From positions 1-6,135 of IMG/VR virus record IMGVR_UViG_3300030397_000117: a stretch of 6,135 bases of DNA, one strand, 5' to 3'. Shown one piece after another: positions 4,368-6,135 of the stretch (position 1 is its first letter; every line of letters begins with the position of its first letter). The stretch is from a virus. Both the position numbers and the translations under genes were made by a program. The notes under the pieces are model-generated. The model was not told where the DNA came from and ran no database searches. It was given only the letters and a program-made list of their open reading frames with translations.

Positions 4368-4389
4368 AATTATCGTCGCTGTGCGACAC
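4368..4389. repeat. 22-nt perfect direct repeat, copy 2; overlaps the last five codons and the stop of rep
   Basis: Identical to 4292-4313. On the minus strand it reads GTGTCGCACAGCGACGATAATT, which encodes ...VAQRR-stop of VP4. Confidence 0.85.
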
Positions 4390-5569
4390 CTTTGAAAGCA
4401 TTTTTTAATCTTAACTTTGGCAGGAATTTTCTCCCGCTGTTCTCTTTTGTTGGCGGTTCTTTGTATGCTTTTTGCTTAATTTCCCTGCCCTTAATTTCTT
4501 TGCTGTACGCTTCTTCTTTTTCTTTTTCCTTAGCGTACCTTTCCAGCCTTTTAACGTTTCTCCTGTTGTTTTCCCATAGTCTTTTTTCTATGTCGATTTT
4601 ATTATCCCCGTACCCCAGTGTTATATTTTTTTGCCTCATCTTTTTGAGCATGTTGTTATATTTGCTCTCATCTTCAGGCATTTTATATTTTATACCGTTT
4701 AGGTATTTTATACCTTTATCCATACTTTCTATCCATAATAACTCTTTTTCGTCTTCTGTGTATAGTTTGTTTCTGTAGTATGTTGGTAGCGGTAGCCTTA
4801 GCCCTTTTCTTGTTATGTATGTTTGATCCGTCCCTCCTTCCGGTTTAAATTTATTCCTTTTTGCGTCTTCTGTTTCGAGATACCCTTTTCCCATTCCTGG
4901 GCTTGTTAGCACTTTGCTTTTGTAATTTTTGTGTAGTTTATCAAGTTTACTAACGTATTTTACCACATAGTTAACCGTTCTTTCGTTTACGTACCCCTTT
5001 TTTCCTTTGCGTGTTTTTACTCCGTTTTCGTATTTTTCGTTACCTATTGTTATATGCCCGTATCCCCATCTTTCACTTATTACTTCTCCGCTTTCTTTCG
5101 TGAATATTATCCCGTGCATGTGTATGCGCTCTGTGTTCTTTTGCCCTAATTCTGTTACAAACCAGTGTTTTACGCTTTTGTCAAATTTTCTTCTCCATCT
5201 TTCGCAGAATCTTCTTACTGCTATTGTCGCTATTTCGTTTTCGAGGTTATACCCTGTTAAGTAGTTTGCCTCGTTTCTTCGCATTAGCCTGCTATTTCTC
5301 TTTGCGTCTTTTCTGATCGCTCTTTCTAATTTTATCAGTGATATATCACTGAAACTTAACGTTATGAATTTCCCTGTTGTGTCTGTTTTTATTTCTTCTG
5401 TTAGTCGTACTTGCCATTCCCTTGCTTTTTTCTTCCTGCATATCATACATCTATCGCAAGGTATTCCCGTTATTAACGTTCGTTGATCTTTTACCTTTGG
5501 TATAGCCCCTTCATTTTTCTTCGTCTTTTGGTATTTCTTATTGAGTTGATTTCGTTCGTGTAAGCACAT
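4370..5569 (-). CDS. VP4: Rolling-circle replication initiation protein (HUH endonuclease, microvirus VP4 / gpA family), 399 aa
   Basis: Motif I FITLSF (aa 68-73, nt 5351-5368). Motif II HMHGII (aa 150-155, nt 5105-5122). Motif III YVVKYVSK with two tyrosines three residues apart (aa 201-205, nt 4955-4969; compare phiX174 gpA YVAKYVNK). Cys cluster PCDRCMICRKKK near the N-terminus. An SPGMGKGYL motif is typical of microvirus VP4. Codon-to-motif positions were verified by hand. Confidence 0.93.
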   Translation of the reverse strand: MCLHERNQLNKKYQKTKKNEGAIPKVKDQRTLITGIPCDRCMICRKKKAREWQVRLTEEIKTDTTGKFITLSFSDISLIKLERAIRKDAKRNSRLMRRNEANYLTGYNLENEIATIAVRRFCERWRRKFDKSVKHWFVTELGQKNTERIHMHGIIFTKESGEVISERWGYGHITIGNEKYENGVKTRKGKKGYVNERTVNYVVKYVSKLDKLHKNYKSKVLTSPGMGKGYLETEDAKRNKFKPEGGTDQTYITRKGLRLPLPTYYRNKLYTEDEKELLWIESMDKGIKYLNGIKYKMPEDESKYNNMLKKMRQKNITLGYGDNKIDIEKRLWENNRRNVKRLERYAKEKEKEEAYSKEIKGREIKQKAYKEPPTKENSGRKFLPKLRLKNAFKGVAQRR

Positions 5570-5657
5570 TTTTACCTTTTTTCGGGAAAGAAACCTGACG
5601 CCTTTGTCATTAAAACGACAGGAACGCCATACTTGCTTTTCTTTCCGTCTTTAAATT

Positions 5658-5678
5658 GAGCGCGGCATAACCGCGCCC
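5658..5678 (-). terminator. GC-rich stem-loop 14 nt downstream of the VP2 stop (possible terminator or ssDNA structural element)
   Basis: On the minus strand GGGCGCGG-TTATG-CCGCGCTC forms 8 pairs including one G.U, with a core of 6 G-C pairs at 5660-5676. An A tract precedes it and TCAATTT follows it on the minus strand. The plus-strand side carries the strong T tract ccttttctttctttttt. Confidence 0.35.
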
Positions 5679-5691
5679 TTTTCTTTCTTTT

Positions 5692-6135
5692 TTATCTTTT
5701 CATATTTTGCCCTCTCATTTCTACGCCTGCTCCTATCGCTCTACTTAGTCCGTCAACTATTATCTTTTTTTCGTATAGTCCCAATCTTGCTTTTTCGAGT
5801 TCTGCCCATACTTTGGCCTCAAATTCGTTTATCGCGTTTGCGTGCTTTTTTGTTCCTATGTCGTCTATTGTTAGGCTTAGTCTTTCCCATTCCTGCGTTA
5901 ACCTTACCCCGATTTCTCTTGTTTGTTCGCTTATCTGTTTACTTTTTAAGGTTTGGTTAATTAGTTCCCTTCCTAATAGTGCTATTTTTGTTTGCAATGT
6001 TCTTTCACTTAATTTGCTTTCATTGTTAGCTATTTCCATATTGTACCACGCTGTATTTGCTGTTGCTTTTATCTGTGCTACTCTGTCGCTTAGACTTTCC
6101 CATTGATATTGTTCGTCCAGTTGTTTAATTCTGTT
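5692..6135 (-). CDS. VP2: VP2-like minor capsid / pilot protein, C-terminal part (same gene as 1-651; 6013-6135 duplicates 1-123)
   Basis: The track ORF 5692-6039 is open upstream to the window edge in the same frame. 6135-6039 is 96 nt (32 codons) and the unit length 6,012 is divisible by 3, so the frame is continuous with 651->1. Confidence 0.8.
   Translation of the reverse strand, partial: NRIKQLDEQYQWESLSDRVAQIKATANTAWYNMEIANNESKLSERTLQTKIALLGRELINQTLKSKQISEQTREIGVRLTQEWERLSLTIDDIGTKKHANAINEFEAKVWAELEKARLGLYEKKIIVDGLSRAIGAGVEMRGQNMKR
6013..6135. repeat. Terminal direct repeat, copy B (identical to 1-123)
   Basis: See copy A. Confidence 0.92.

Larger units (their letters stand above)
1..6012 (-). 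other. One full unit of a circular Microviridae (ssDNA phage) genome, 6,012 nt; the coding strand is the window minus strand
   Basis: The 123-nt end overlap defines a 6,012-nt circle. Gene set is a Phage_F-type capsid, an HUH Rep, a pilot-like protein and small ORFs, all on one strand with gaps of 4-18 nt between most genes. Size and content match non-phiX Microviridae. Confidence 0.9.

Noticed and set aside
4292-4389. The 22-nt repeats as a mini CRISPR array
   Set aside because: There are only two full copies, the spacer is 54 nt, one copy overlaps the rep stop codon, and there are no cas genes. This does not fit a CRISPR array.
5156-5184. Third coding-strand TTGACA (5184-5179) inside rep as a promoter
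   Set aside because: No acceptable -10 hexamer follows at 16-18 nt (TTTGTA at 17 nt).
1132-6106. All other plus-strand track ORFs (1132-1419, 1175-1384, 1392-1625, 1830-2213, 2162-2446, 2687-2899, 3071-3370, 3422-3772, 3929-4114, 4035-4220, 4141-4395, 4305-4778, 5007-5264, 5813-6106)
   Set aside because: Each lies antisense to a well-supported minus-strand gene or spans a regulatory region. All have Leu/Phe/Ser/Cys-rich, hydrophobic, low-complexity translations and none carries a recognisable motif. A single coding strand is the rule in Microviridae.

Overview
This window is a complete, circularly permuted genome of a small ssDNA phage of the family Microviridae. It is phiX-unlike, with a Gokushovirinae/Alpavirinae-type gene set, and is shown as the complement of its coding strand. 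Bases 1-123 are identical to 6013-6135, so the real molecule is a 6,012-nt circle and the window over-runs the junction. Every credible gene is on the minus strand and tightly packed. In viral order they are: rolling-circle replication initiator VP4 (4370-5569; HUH and Y-x3-Y motifs), two 96-aa ORFs (3827-4117, 3451-3741), major capsid protein VP1 (1429-3432, 667 aa), a 74-aa ORF, a 105-aa ORF, a 43-aa ORF missing from the track (658-789), and a VP2-like pilot/minor capsid protein. Linearisation splits VP2 (651->1 continuing 6012->5692), so it is 323 aa, not the 115 aa in the track. All plus-strand track ORFs look like antisense artefacts. Three non-coding islands hold structure the genes do not explain. 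(i) 4118-4369, downstream of rep, has two perfect 22-nt direct repeats each containing a hairpin, two more stem-loops, helically phased TTAAC repeats that include an 18/28 match to the E. coli dif XerC/XerD site, and a near-consensus promoter. (ii) 790-895 is a GC-rich, multiply self-complementary island. (iii) 5570-5691, between VP2 and rep, has a GC hairpin. No start codon has a Shine-Dalgarno sequence. I saw no tRNA, rRNA, CRISPR array, integrase or recognisable lysis gene. All functional names rest on motif recognition by eye; no database search was possible.
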